From positions 753 through 64,752 of the forward strand of contig JBAXQU010000006.1 of NCBI GenBank assembly GCA_037131555.1: DNA of 64,000 bases, written 5' to 3'. The notes beneath the pieces were generated by a model that saw nothing but the letters and a program-made list of their open reading frames with translations, had not been told where the DNA came from and ran no database searches. The position numbers and the translations under genes are program-made. The first letter of the stretch is position 1; the number at the start of each line of letters is the position of its first letter. This stretch comes from Bacteroidota bacterium (GTDB taxonomy: Bacteria > Bacteroidota > Bacteroidia > 2-12-FULL-35-15). Shown here in pieces: positions 10,340 to 20,872 of this stretch.

Positions 10340-11581
10340 TTAAATCCCCAACACCACTTCATAAGGGTCTTTTCCACCAAACAGCATTCGTGCCGGGTTC
10401 TCGAGCATTTCTTTTACCTTCACCAAAAACCCTACCGATTCGCGTCCATCAATCACCCTATGGTCGTACGACAAAGCAACATACATCATCGGCCGAATCA
10501 CCACTTGGCCATTCACAGCTATCGGTCGGTCCACCACATTGTGCATTCCCAATATGGCGCTCTGAGGAGGATTAAGAATAGGAGTACTCATCATCGACCC
10601 AAACACACCACCATTGGTAATCGTAAACGTGCCGCCTGTCATATCATCCAATGTAATTTTATTTTCACGCGCTTTCACAGCAAGCGCCTTTATCGACAGT
10701 TCAATCTCCGAAAGGCTCATCTTCTCCGCATTTCGTAGCACCGGCACCACCAGCCCTTTCGGAGCACTCACCGCTATTCCTATATCAGCATATTTATGGT
10801 AAAGTAGTTCGTCACCGTCTATCATCGCATTCACAGCCGGGAAATGAGATAGCGCCTCGGTTACTGCTTTCGTGAAAAAACTCATGAACCCAAGATTAGT
10901 GCCGTATTGCTCCTTAAATTTATCTTTGTATTTCGAACGAATGGCGTAAATGGCGCTCATATCCACCTCATTGAAGGTAGTTAGCATGGCCGTTTCGTTT
11001 TTAACAGCTACCAATCGTTGCGACAATTTTTTTCTCAACGAAGAAATCTTAGCACGTTCCACCTCTCTGCTTCCTCCCCAATTTGGCAACGATTCGGTAG
11101 TAAATCCTTTCGAAATTAAACTCATTACATCCCCTTTCGTTATCCTTCCATCTTTCCCCGTAGCCACCACTTGGTTGCTCGCAATTTTGTTTTCGTCCAT
11201 CATCTTTTTTGCCGCAGGCGATGCCGTCCCTGATGCATAAGTAGTAGTGGTTGGTTTTGTAGTAGCCACCGCTTCTTTAGCAGGTTCGGCCACCGCCTTT
11301 TTGGTTTCTTTTTTCGCTTCCACCTTCGCAGCATCTGGCTTGGCAGCAGTGTCTATCGAACAAACCACATCACCCACTTTCACCGTGTCGCCTTCGGCCA
11401 CAAGGGTTTTTATCGCACCTGCTTCTTCAGCATTCAATGTCAACGTTGCTTTATCCGAATCAATCTCCGCTATCACTTCATCCTTCTCGGCATATTCTCC
11501 ATCCTTTTTCACCCATCGCGCTATCACCACTTCAGTAATCGATTCGCCTGGACTTGGTACTTTTATTTCTATAATGGCCAT
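10340..11581 (-). CDS. sucB: Dihydrolipoyllysine-residue succinyltransferase, E2 of 2-oxoglutarate dehydrogenase
   Basis: Lipoyl domain with the ...[11 protein letters not shown] motif, an Ala/Pro/Lys-rich linker, and a catalytic domain with ...[12 protein letters not shown]. Confidence 0.95.
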   Translation of the reverse strand: MAIIEIKVPSPGESITEVVIARWVKKDGEYAEKDEVIAEIDSDKATLTLNAEEAGAIKTLVAEGDTVKVGDVVCSIDTAAKPDAAKVEAKKETKKAVAEPAKEAVATTKPTTTTYASGTASPAAKKMMDENKIASNQVVATGKDGRITKGDVMSLISKGFTTESLPNWGGSREVERAKISSLRKKLSQRLVAVKNETAMLTTFNEVDMSAIYAIRSKYKDKFKEQYGTNLGFMSFFTKAVTEALSHFPAVNAMIDGDELLYHKYADIGIAVSAPKGLVVPVLRNAEKMSLSEIELSIKALAVKARENKITLDDMTGGTFTITNGGVFGSMMSTPILNPPQSAILGMHNVVDRPIAVNGQVVIRPMMYVALSYDHRVIDGRESVGFLVKVKEMLENPARMLFGGKDPYEVVLGI

Positions 11582-11628
11582 CTTGTTTTTGGTTTTTTAT
11601 TTCAATTCTTTTTTTGTGATGTATCTAA

Positions 11629-14349
11629 TTATTTATTCACCGTTGTTTTTTGAAACACCGAATTCACTATTGTTTCTTGCTGTTGATTATGAAGCTTACC
11701 ATAGCCTGTAGCAGGGCTCGCGCTTTCATTTCGGCCAACGTATTTCAAATTCACTTCTCTGAATTTGCTTTGCATATACGTCCATGCACCCATGTTCTCG
11801 GGCTCCTCTTGTACCCAAAGAAATTCTTTTGCTTTGCTATATTTTGCAAGCAGTTCGTTCAACTGAACGATAGGCAACGGATACAGTTGTTCGATGCGCA
11901 CAATGGCAATATCGTTCAGCTCCTTTTGTTTTTGTTCAATCAAGTCGTAGTATATTTTTCCTGAACAAAAAGCAATAGTAGTCACGTTTTCGGCAACAGC
12001 TGTTACATCGTCTATCACTTCGCGAAACGAGTTTTCGGTAAAGTCTTTCAACGAAGAAACACAAGAAGGATAACGCAATAATTTTTTAGGAGTGAAACAA
12101 ATCAAAGGTTTTCTAAAGTCTCTTTTTATCTGCCTTCTCAACACATGAAACTGATTGGCAGGTGTGGTGCAGTTCACTATTTGCATATTGTTTTCAGCAC
12201 ATTGTTGCAGAAATCGTTCGATGCGCGCACTCGAATGTTCAGGCCCCATGCCTTCGTAACCGTGTGGCAACAGCATTACCAAGCCACTCATCCGTTTCCA
12301 TTTATATTCTGATGAAGTAATAAATTGGTCAATTACAATTTGAGCCCCATTAAAAAAGTCACCAAATTGAGCTTCCCAAATGGTTAGTGCTCCCGGAACT
12401 GCCAATGAATAGCCGAATTCGAAGCCTAGCACACCATACTCAGAGAGTGATGAATTGTAGATGTACAATTTTGCATCAGTACCGAGATTGTTCAACGGGA
12501 TGTATTTTTCTTCCGAATCTTCCACCTTCACCACTGCATGTCGGTGCGAAAAAGTTCCGCGCTCCACATCCTGTCCGCTGAATCGAACATTGGTACCTTC
12601 ATTTATTAATGTTGCGTATGCCATCAATTCGCCCATTGCCCAGTCGTATTTATCAGTCGATATCATTGCCGCTCTATCTTCGAACAGTTTTTTCACCTTA
12701 TTGAAAAAAGGTTTTTCCGTTGGCAATTGTACTATTTGCTTCGCAATCGAGAGAAATGTTTCACTCGTCACGCTTGTATCAGGCGACTTATCGAATGCAT
12801 TTGTTTCGGCTGTTATAAGCCCACTCCATTGGCCTTTCAGAAAAGAAGTGATTTTCGTTTTCTCTCTTTTCTTTGCTAAATCCAATTTGTCTTGGAGCAA
12901 TTCTCTAAAGTTCTTTTCTATTTCTTTCGAATAATCATCATCTATTATTCCTTGAGCAATTAACTCTTTTGTATAAATCACTTTTGGATTAGGATGAGCC
13001 GCTATGGCCTTGTACAGCAGCGGTTGCGTGAATCTTGGTTCATCGCCTTCGTTATGTCCATATTTACGATAACACAATACATCAATAAACACATCTCTAT
13101 TGAACTTCTGACGAAACTCCATTGCCATTTGCGACACAAGCGCCAATGCTTCCACATCATCACCGTTTACATGAAATACAGGCGATAGCGTTACCTTGGC
13201 TACATCAGTGCAATAGGTCGAAGACCTTGCATCATGGTAATTGGTAGTAAAACCAATTTGATTATTAATCACAAGATGTATGGTTCCTCCCGTTTTGTAT
13301 CCATCCAATTGCGACATTTGCAATACCTCATACACTAATCCTTGGCCTGCCAATGCAGCATCACCATGAATTAATATTGGGCAAACTTTATTAATGTCGC
13401 CATGATGAATCGAATCTATTTTTGCTCGCGATATACCTTCCACCACAGCATCCACCGTTTCTAAATGCGAAGGATTTGGAGTTAAGCTTAAGTGAAAAGA
13501 GTTGCCATTGGTACTAATCCGGTCACTCGAATAACCTTGATGATATTTAACATCCCCATCAAAATCTACATCTTCGGTCAAGTACCCTTCAAATTCAGAG
13601 AACACATCTTCATATTTTTTGTGAAGAATATTGGTAAGGATGTTCAATCTTCCTCGATGTGCCATCCCTATTACATAATCCTTTATTCCTAAATCAGCAC
13701 CTTTTTCACAAACGGTATCCAATGCAGGAATGGCTGCTTCTGCGCCTTCAAGCGAAAATCTTTTTTGCCCAACAAATTTGGTATGTAAAAAGTTCTCAAA
13801 TATTACAGCTTGATTTAATTTATCTAAGATGGATAACTTCTCGAAATTGGAAAAAGCAGGAGTGTTCTTAGTGCTTTCCATTTTCGTTTGCAACCAATTT
13901 ACCATTTCTGGTATTCGCATGTACATATACTCTGCACCTATCGATTGACAATACGTTTGATGCAGGTGTGCAATGATATCCTTTAATTTTGCAGGTCCTA
14001 TTCCTATTTGAGTACCTGCATGAAACACCGTTTCTAAATCTGTGGATGCAAGTCCGAAATTTTCAATATCAAGCGTTGGTGTATAATGTCTTCGTTCGCG
14101 TACTGGATTGGTAATGGTGAAAAGATGCCCACGTGTTCGGTAACCATTTATCAAGTTGATTACATCGAATTCCTTCTTCACATTCTCAGGAATTTCGCCT
14201 GATGATTCATAATTTTTTATTGCAAATTCGAATCCCGAAAAAAACTGTTGCCACTCAGCTTCAACAGAATTTTTGTCCTTTAAGAACGATTGAAATAACT
14301 CATCAATGGCAACGGGATCGGCATTGCCTAAAAAGGAAAATTTATCCAT
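11629..14349 (-). CDS. sucA: 2-oxoglutarate dehydrogenase E1 component
   Basis: 906 aa immediately upstream of sucB. Has typical E1o blocks (GMAHRGRLNIL, HGDAALAGQG, LLPHGYEGMGPEHSSARIERFLQ). Confidence 0.95.
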   Translation of the reverse strand: MDKFSFLGNADPVAIDELFQSFLKDKNSVEAEWQQFFSGFEFAIKNYESSGEIPENVKKEFDVINLINGYRTRGHLFTITNPVRERRHYTPTLDIENFGLASTDLETVFHAGTQIGIGPAKLKDIIAHLHQTYCQSIGAEYMYMRIPEMVNWLQTKMESTKNTPAFSNFEKLSILDKLNQAVIFENFLHTKFVGQKRFSLEGAEAAIPALDTVCEKGADLGIKDYVIGMAHRGRLNILTNILHKKYEDVFSEFEGYLTEDVDFDGDVKYHQGYSSDRISTNGNSFHLSLTPNPSHLETVDAVVEGISRAKIDSIHHGDINKVCPILIHGDAALAGQGLVYEVLQMSQLDGYKTGGTIHLVINNQIGFTTNYHDARSSTYCTDVAKVTLSPVFHVNGDDVEALALVSQMAMEFRQKFNRDVFIDVLCYRKYGHNEGDEPRFTQPLLYKAIAAHPNPKVIYTKELIAQGIIDDDYSKEIEKNFRELLQDKLDLAKKREKTKITSFLKGQWSGLITAETNAFDKSPDTSVTSETFLSIAKQIVQLPTEKPFFNKVKKLFEDRAAMISTDKYDWAMGELMAYATLINEGTNVRFSGQDVERGTFSHRHAVVKVEDSEEKYIPLNNLGTDAKLYIYNSSLSEYGVLGFEFGYSLAVPGALTIWEAQFGDFFNGAQIVIDQFITSSEYKWKRMSGLVMLLPHGYEGMGPEHSSARIERFLQQCAENNMQIVNCTTPANQFHVLRRQIKRDFRKPLICFTPKKLLRYPSCVSSLKDFTENSFREVIDDVTAVAENVTTIAFCSGKIYYDLIEQKQKELNDIAIVRIEQLYPLPIVQLNELLAKYSKAKEFLWVQEEPENMGAWTYMQSKFREVNLKYVGRNESASPATGYGKLHNQQQETIVNSVFQKTTVNK

Positions 14350-14376
14350 TATTGATATTTCTTTGGTTTAGAGAAG

Positions 14377-14384
14377 CAAAAATA
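14377..14384 (-). promoter_or_regulatory. Bacteroidota-type -7 box (TATTTTTG) upstream of sucA
   Basis: Matches TAnnTTTG on the minus strand, about 28 nt upstream of the sucA ATG. Confidence 0.4.
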
Positions 14385-14626
14385 CTGATTTTTATCATGC
14401 TAATTAATTTTGATTTTCTACCGATTATTATCCTCTCGAAAAAAAGCTTAGTTTTGCGACCACTCAAGGTATTCATCATTTATTTTAAATTAAATTATTG
14501 AAACAACATTTACGTCAAATTGTAACTAACAAAACCAAATCTCAAATTGTTTAACTAAATGTGTTCCTCTCGTAAATTTATACCAATCATTCAAGTGAAG
14601 TTTTCAGCTAATTGATGTTCTAAGAA

Positions 14627-15580
14627 ATGGACTTAAATTATATCATCATGGTTCATACTGAGCCAAAACACTTCAACAGATTGATTAGAGCATTGAACGA
14701 TACCGATGTTCACTTTTATATACATGTTGATAAAGGAGCAGACATTAATTCTTTCAGAGATGAAGTGAAGGATCTTCCAAACATCAACTTTATGAAAGAT
14801 GAATTCAGAGAGAATTCGAGTTGGGGAGATTTTACTTTTTTAAGGGCAATTTTGAATAGTATCCGTGAGGTTGTAAAGCACTCTAACAACGGCTACATTA
14901 CCATACTGAGTGGGCAGGATTATCCTATCAAATCAAAAAAACACATCAAAGACTTTTATCACAAAAACAGTGGAAGCCATTTTATGGAAGTGAATGCACT
15001 ACCTTATGATGGTTGGAGAGAGTTCGGGATGAATCGTCTATTAAAATACAAAGTCAATTTATCGCACAAACGAGGACATTTCTTCTTGTATCCATCGATT
15101 TATGAAAAGTCGTTTTATAGTTTCGAGCTGTTTCTAAATTTTATTCGGTTAAGCCTGAGAGGAAATTTTTCATACCTCTCTAAAATAATTCGCAGGCGAA
15201 AAATACCTTCGTATGTTAAACCTTATGGAGGCTCCGATTGGTGGTCGATGCCAGTGGATACGGTGAATGAAATGCTAAGCTTTCTGGACGAACACCCCGA
15301 CTATTTAAAATATTTCGAGGATAGTTTACTTGCATCCGAAATGTTTTTTCAAACCATATTAATGAGCCTGCCGCTTAAGGATTCGAAAACTCGGGATATA
15401 AAACCCGCAGTAACCTATGCCAACTGGACAAGGCCAGGAGTAATAACACCTCCCGTTCTTTTTGTAGAATCAGATTTTGACGAATTGATGTCGCAAGAGC
15501 CTTGTCTATTTGCAAGAAAATTTTCTCAGAAAGTTGATGTAAAAATTCTTGATTTACTTGATAAGGCTAATCTAAAATAA
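14627..15580 (+). CDS. Glycosyltransferase family 14 (core-2/I-branching beta-1,6-GlcNAc-transferase-like)
   Basis: IIMVHTEPKHFNRLIRAL...FYIHVDK...LSGQDYPIKS...GSDWWSM resembles the Branch/GT14 domain. Confidence 0.75.
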   Translation: MDLNYIIMVHTEPKHFNRLIRALNDTDVHFYIHVDKGADINSFRDEVKDLPNINFMKDEFRENSSWGDFTFLRAILNSIREVVKHSNNGYITILSGQDYPIKSKKHIKDFYHKNSGSHFMEVNALPYDGWREFGMNRLLKYKVNLSHKRGHFFLYPSIYEKSFYSFELFLNFIRLSLRGNFSYLSKIIRRRKIPSYVKPYGGSDWWSMPVDTVNEMLSFLDEHPDYLKYFEDSLLASEMFFQTILMSLPLKDSKTRDIKPAVTYANWTRPGVITPPVLFVESDFDELMSQEPCLFARKFSQKVDVKILDLLDKANLK

Positions 15581-15607
15581 TCATCGTACGATACAATAAA
15601 TAGTTGG

Positions 15608-16579
15608 TTATTTAGCCACTACTCCTTCAACGGGCTTCAAAGCCGCTTTCACCGAAAACTCATTATCGGGAAAATAGAGTTTATACATAATGTTGAGTAG
15701 CATGTATGGTATAGAAGGATTTAAGAACAATGAAATGGCGCTTAAGTTGGATGCTGTTTTGATTATGAACGAACACTTTGTTAGAATCAACATATTCACG
15801 ATTGCATCTTTATTCATATTAAATCGATCTACATCTAATCTTGTGTGTACTGCCTTCTCGTCATCCGAACGATAGGTATCTTGGCGATAACAGATATAAG
15901 ATGACAAATGAGAATGCTTGAGAAACTCAATGAATTTATTGTCATCGGTGGATATAAATATTTTGTTGAAATGATTGAAATGCTTGAAACAATGGTCGAT
16001 GTTGGCCAAAGCAGTTTGATGACTTACAAACCCTGCTTCCGTTATTTTATCCGTACTTCGATAATGTACCCCTAGTACTTTATCATTTCCAAAATGAGAG
16101 GATGCAAAACTATTTGCTTCGTCAATGAATTCCTTCTTTATGGTAATGAACTCTTGTGCCAAGGAGTTCGCCATTTCAACACTCAGTTTATTTTTATCGT
16201 AATGCTCACCAAAATTTAAATCCCAAAGTGTGACAATTCTGATGTACTTGATGTCATTAGGAATAGTGTACTTAGAAGCAATGAATTGATTAAAGTAATC
16301 CTCTTCGCGATTATCATCGTAGGTAAATTTTATATACGGTTTCAAATTGTTTTCCTTACAATACAATAGTATTTGTAAATACCACAACAACTTTGCTCCA
16401 ATTCCTGCATCACTACCGACCTCAACAGGAAGAAACCCTTTTGCTTTGTAGTAATTGATTTGACGCTTGATTCGATTCTTTCTTATTCGTTCGGTATACG
16501 GAAAAAGCTTCCATGCAATCAATTTCTTTAGTGAAATGAATTTGCGTTTCCAGAAAACAAACGTAAAATACTTTAACAT
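15608..16579 (-). CDS. Hypothetical protein, possibly a fucosyltransferase-like glycosyltransferase
   Basis: GVHYRSTDK (an H-x-R-x-x-D-like motif) and IFISTDDNKFIEFL resemble GT11/GT23-type donor-binding motifs. The similarity is weak. Confidence 0.35.
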   Translation of the reverse strand: MLKYFTFVFWKRKFISLKKLIAWKLFPYTERIRKNRIKRQINYYKAKGFLPVEVGSDAGIGAKLLWYLQILLYCKENNLKPYIKFTYDDNREEDYFNQFIASKYTIPNDIKYIRIVTLWDLNFGEHYDKNKLSVEMANSLAQEFITIKKEFIDEANSFASSHFGNDKVLGVHYRSTDKITEAGFVSHQTALANIDHCFKHFNHFNKIFISTDDNKFIEFLKHSHLSSYICYRQDTYRSDDEKAVHTRLDVDRFNMNKDAIVNMLILTKCSFIIKTASNLSAISLFLNPSIPYMLLNIMYKLYFPDNEFSVKAALKPVEGVVAK

Positions 16580-16823
16580 AAAAACAGTGACTATTACATT
16601 AATTGAAATTGATAATTCTGCATGGCTTTGATAAAGCGCGAAATTAGTATATTTTAGGATATTCCCCTCTCGAAGTAAAACTCTCTTAACTAAACATGCT
16701 CCTTCCCAAATAAAACCTTATTGTTTTAGTATGGATTTTAATTTCTATTACATAGTATGATTGGTTTTAATTAACTTCGCCACAAAATTAGATTATCTAA
16801 ACCTTATTTAATATTCTATAAAA

Positions 16824-17789
16824 ATGGATTTGAAACCGGAGATTATTGAACGAATTAAAAAACTTGATGAAAAGTTTAGTCAAATGGGACAAGACCTTTC
16901 ATCCTACCTTGATGGATTGCTTTATGCTGATTACTTAACCTATTGGGATTATATCCATCTCGACACTTTGTTGAGTTTGCAGAATCCTAAAACAAACATA
17001 CCAGATGAAGAGATTTTTATCATGTATCATCAGATAACTGAACTCTATTTTAAATTGTGTTTGCATGAATATCATCAGTTGGCAGAAACTCAAAATTTAG
17101 ATGCTAAGTTTCTTACCAATCGTATCTCCCGCATCAATCGTTATTTTGATGCATTGATAGCTTCGTTCGACATTATGGTGGATGGTATGGATCCTCAACA
17201 GTTTTTAAAATTCCGAATGAGTTTGTTACCTGCTTCGGGTTTCCAATCGGGTCAATATAGAATGATTGAGATCTGTTCTGCACATTTCAAAAGGCTTGTG
17301 GCGAAAGAAGTACGCGATACATTTGCTGACGACTTGACCGAAAACGAAATTGAGAAAATGTACGAACACATTTATTGGAAGGCTGGTGCCACGGAGTTAG
17401 CAACGGGTAAAAAAACATTGACCTTGATTCAGTTTGAAGAAAAATACCAATCGCAACTTATTCAGCTTGCAAAGAAATTTAACACGACTAATCTTTGGTC
17501 GCTTTACAAATCGCTGCCAGAGAAGGAACAAAGCGATGTGAATTTACAGCTTGCATTGCGTCAGATGGATGTGAATGTAAACATCAACTGGCCGCTGTCG
17601 CATTATAAATCGGCTGTGAGGTATCTGCAAAAAGACCCTGAAGATATAGCAGCTACTGGTGGTACCAATTGGCAAAAGTATTTACCTCCGCGTTTTCAAA
17701 AACGAATATTCTACCCCGAACTATGGAGCAATGAAGAGAAAGAGGAATGGGGTAAAGCTTGGGTAAAGAGTGTAATCTTTAATCAATAA
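16824..17789 (+). CDS. kynA: Tryptophan 2,3-dioxygenase
   Basis: YLTYWDYIHLDTLLSLQ...DEEIFIMYHQITELYFKL and ...ASGFQSGQYRMIE are typical TDO family blocks. Confidence 0.85.
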   Translation: MDLKPEIIERIKKLDEKFSQMGQDLSSYLDGLLYADYLTYWDYIHLDTLLSLQNPKTNIPDEEIFIMYHQITELYFKLCLHEYHQLAETQNLDAKFLTNRISRINRYFDALIASFDIMVDGMDPQQFLKFRMSLLPASGFQSGQYRMIEICSAHFKRLVAKEVRDTFADDLTENEIEKMYEHIYWKAGATELATGKKTLTLIQFEEKYQSQLIQLAKKFNTTNLWSLYKSLPEKEQSDVNLQLALRQMDVNVNINWPLSHYKSAVRYLQKDPEDIAATGGTNWQKYLPPRFQKRIFYPELWSNEEKEEWGKAWVKSVIFNQ

Positions 17790-17794
17790 AAAAA

Positions 17795-18895
17795 CTATTT
17801 GTTCGAAGCTTGATTCATTACATCTGTTTGTCTACGGATGGACTCGTCATGAATCAGCTGAAACAAGCCTTTTATAAACTCTTCGGGCAAACCAAGCAGG
17901 TCGCCTGTTTTTATGCTGTTTTCCACAAGCTGTTTCCAATGCGACACTTGAAGAATGGTTAAATTATTGGCGCTTTTGTATTCTCCTATTTGCGTTGAAA
18001 TAGACATTCGTTTTGCCAACACTTCCATAAGGTCTTTGTCGAGTTGATTGATGATGCACCTAAGTTCCTCTAACTTATTTCTCAATTCTAAATTATCGAT
18101 GGATGAATTGCGAACGTGCAATGCATCCATTATTTCTTTTAATTGATGAGGAGTAACCTGTTGTTTTGCATCGCTAAGTGCTGCTGTTGGGTTGCAATGT
18201 GTTTCAATCATTAAACCATCCATATCCATGTCCATGGCTTTTTGAGCTATGTAAGGAATAAGTTCAGGCGAACCTCCTATGTGCGAAGGGTCGCAAATGA
18301 TAGGTAGTTCGGGACAAGCCGCTTTGATATCGATGGCTAGTTCCCATTTGGGCGAATTGCGAAAAGGGCCATTATCGTAAGAATGAAAACCACGATGGAT
18401 GGCTGCAATCTTCGTAATGCCTGCATTGTTTACTCGTTCCAAGGCACCCACCCAAAGCTGAACATCAGGATAAATTGGATTTTTTACAAATACGGGTATG
18501 TCGACTCCTTTTAAGGCATCGGCTATTTCTTGTACCGAAAACGGATTAACTGTGGTGCGTGCGCCTATCCATAATATGTCGATTCCTGCTTTTAAACATT
18601 CCTCCACATGTGTGGCATTGGCCACTTCGGTGGCGGTGAGCAATCCTGTTTCTTGTTTCACTTCTTGCATCCATTGCAAACCTATATTGCCTATTCCTTC
18701 GAATGTATTGGGGCGTGTGCGGGGTTTCCAGATACCTGCTCTGAAAACGCTATGCGGATAAAGGGCCGCTATCTCGCGTGCCGTGGTAAGCATCTGTTGT
18801 TGGCTTTCGGCACTGCACGGGCCCGATATTAATAATGGCTTTTTATAATTGGGAAACCATGTGGATAATGGTGTGATGTTTAATTCTAGTTTCAA
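17795..18895 (-). CDS. Bifunctional 3-deoxy-7-phosphoheptulonate synthase / chorismate mutase type II
   Basis: N-terminal KDO8P/DAHP-synthase-like TIM barrel (LISGPCSAES...IWKPRT...ICDPSH). C-terminal chorismate mutase helices (LRCIINQLDKDLMEVLAKRMSISTQIGEYK). Confidence 0.9.
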   Translation of the reverse strand: MKLELNITPLSTWFPNYKKPLLISGPCSAESQQQMLTTAREIAALYPHSVFRAGIWKPRTRPNTFEGIGNIGLQWMQEVKQETGLLTATEVANATHVEECLKAGIDILWIGARTTVNPFSVQEIADALKGVDIPVFVKNPIYPDVQLWVGALERVNNAGITKIAAIHRGFHSYDNGPFRNSPKWELAIDIKAACPELPIICDPSHIGGSPELIPYIAQKAMDMDMDGLMIETHCNPTAALSDAKQQVTPHQLKEIMDALHVRNSSIDNLELRNKLEELRCIINQLDKDLMEVLAKRMSISTQIGEYKSANNLTILQVSHWKQLVENSIKTGDLLGLPEEFIKGLFQLIHDESIRRQTDVMNQASNK

Positions 18896-18950
18896 AATAA
18901 ATGTTTCGAGTGTTTAATCGTGTCGAACAATAAGAGAACCATTAAGGAGC

Positions 18951-20090
18951 TCAATTGTTCTTTTCTTTTTTGTTTTGTTTTTCGGTAATCTCTTCCAAAT
19001 CGGCTGTGAGGTGTTGAACAATTTTGAAATTATTGAAAAACTCCTTCGCAATAATTCGGATGATGGTATACACCGGAATAGCCACTACCATGCCCGTGAT
19101 ACCACCAATGGTACCTGCTGTAAGTATCACCAAAAATATTTCGAGGGGATGTGCTTTCACAGTATTGGAGATAACCAAGGGTTGAAAAAACAAGGCATCT
19201 ACCAATTGTACGCACATAAAAGTTAATCCTATTTTTCCGGCTAGTGGCATCAACTGCTGATAAAAATCGAGTTGAAGATTGCTAGAAACGCCAATGAGCA
19301 AAGCAAACCCACAACCTAGCAAAGGACCTATATAGGGTATAACGTTGAGGATACCTGCAAACAAACCAATGAGCATAGCATTCTTAACCCCAAATATGGA
19401 GAGGCCAATGGCCGTGAGGGTGGCCACAAATACCATATCGAGAAAGATGCCGAGGAAATAACGAGTAAGGATGAGTTTCGAATCTTTCATGATGTCGCTT
19501 ACGGCTTGCACATGTTTGGGTGGTGTAAGCATCAACACCATGTTATGTATCAATCGGTCGTCTTTCATAAAAAAGAAGGTCATGAAGGAGATGGAAAAAA
19601 ATGCGGCTACAATACTTCCCATAAAACCTAAGATGCGAGTGGCATAAAACGAAATTTCTTGAAAGCCAAGTATAGAGGTGAGTTTCGAAGCCATTACTTT
19701 TTCGATGGGTTCGTTGCCAGCTGCCGATAACTGAAAGCGCTCAAGCATGCTTTCGAGCTGGTGCAATGGCTGGTCGAATGCCAATACTACGTCTTGCGAA
19801 TTGATGCTACTTACGATGCGTGCTTCTTCGATAACTAAGGGAATGAATAGCGAGAACAAACCTACCACCACTGCCATCAACGTGAATAAGGCTAATACGG
19901 ATGAGATGGTGATGGATAGCCGATGTTGCTTGATGCGTATGCGGCTATAGATTTTAACCAAGGGTTGCCCTAATAACGAAAGCAGGATGGACACCACTAG
20001 GTAAACCACAATGGTTTTGAGAAACCAAGCCATGAAGCCCAAAAACAAAACAAGAATAGCTATTAAAAAGTATTTCGATCTATTTTGCAT
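18951..20090 (-). CDS. AI-2E family transporter (PerM/UPF0118 permease)
   Basis: Multi-TM protein with ...NVIPYIGPLLG..., characteristic of the family. Confidence 0.85.
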   Translation of the reverse strand: MQNRSKYFLIAILVLFLGFMAWFLKTIVVYLVVSILLSLLGQPLVKIYSRIRIKQHRLSITISSVLALFTLMAVVVGLFSLFIPLVIEEARIVSSINSQDVVLAFDQPLHQLESMLERFQLSAAGNEPIEKVMASKLTSILGFQEISFYATRILGFMGSIVAAFFSISFMTFFFMKDDRLIHNMVLMLTPPKHVQAVSDIMKDSKLILTRYFLGIFLDMVFVATLTAIGLSIFGVKNAMLIGLFAGILNVIPYIGPLLGCGFALLIGVSSNLQLDFYQQLMPLAGKIGLTFMCVQLVDALFFQPLVISNTVKAHPLEIFLVILTAGTIGGITGMVVAIPVYTIIRIIAKEFFNNFKIVQHLTADLEEITEKQNKKEKNN

Positions 20091-20247
20091 TTACTCAATA
20101 TTGTTGACAGGGTAAAAGTATTAAAAATAAATAGAAATGGTTGGTACTTAGTTCGAAGTTTATGGTTAGAGAGTATAAAGTTACCGCTCCCGAAGCTTCG
20201 GGACTAGAAATCTAAAATCAAAAAAAAGCCCGAATTAGTAAAAATGC

Positions 20248-20583
20248 CTAATTAGGCAGATGCGGAAAAACGTTACTTTGGGCACTTGTCTAATTAGGCA
20301 ACACGAGAAAAACGATACTTTTGACAGTTGTCTAATTAGGCAACACGAGAAAAACGATACTTTTGGCAGTTGTCTAATTAGGCAACAGGGGAAAAACGTT
20401 ACTTTGGGCACTTGTCTAATTAGACAACAGGGGAAAAACGTTACTTTGGGCACTTGCCTAATTAGGCAACACGAGAAAAACGTTACTTTGGGCACTTGCC
20501 TAATTAGGCACCACGAGAAAAACGATACTTTTGGCAGTTGACTAATTAGTCATTTGCCAAAAACCGCCATTTTGGCAGAAAAC
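20248..20583. repeat. Tandem array of 8 x 42 bp. Each unit carries the palindrome (T)GCCTAATTAGGC(A), and there are two unit sub-types.
   Basis: CTAATTAG cores start at 20248, 20290, 20332, 20374, 20416, 20458, 20500 and 20542, giving an exact 42-bp period. Sub-types are ...ACGTTACTTTGGGCACTTG and ...ACGATACTTTTGGCAGTTG. The last unit is degenerate. Confidence 0.95.
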
Positions 20584-20856
20584 CTAAACCACATATTGAC
20601 GAAAGGGATATTTTTTCACCCTCACCTAAAATGATACCTATATATATAGTATATTTGAATAATGAAAATTAGGGTGAATTTTGAGGATAGTTCGTTTTTA
20701 GCAACAAATTACCATTGTAGATTTCGATAATCTCATTTTCGATTGCAAAAATTGCCTACTGCACAAATTGAACCTTTGTTCCTTTCTGTCTTCGCGGTGA
20801 AAAACAATCTACATTTCACTAACCATTGCTTCGCTAACAACTAAAAAACAAATAAC

Positions 20857-20864
20857 TATCTTTG
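20857..20864 (+). promoter_or_regulatory. Bacteroidota-type -7 box (TATCTTTG) 8 nt upstream of the M23 peptidase ATG
   Basis: Matches TAnnTTTG. The very short distance to the ATG at 20873 implies a leaderless or near-leaderless mRNA. Confidence 0.4.
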
Positions 20865-20872
20865 TCGCCCTT

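Noticed and set aside
10271-11711. Plus-strand ORFs (155, 61, 62, 96 and 154 aa) overlapping sucB and the end of sucA
   Set aside because: These are antisense shadow ORFs inside strongly recognisable genes, with low-complexity products. The same reasoning applies to the plus-strand ORFs inside sucA (11650-13871) and to the antisense ORFs inside fabF, dxr, rseP, the SDR gene, the M20 dipeptidase gene and others.
20235-20541. 86-aa (minus) and 93-aa (plus) ORFs running through the 42-bp tandem array; also considered as a possible CRISPR array
   Set aside because: Both strands are open only because the 42-bp unit is 14 codons without stops, and the proteins would be pure repeats of the DNA unit. 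It is not a CRISPR array because the units are directly adjacent with no unique spacers.
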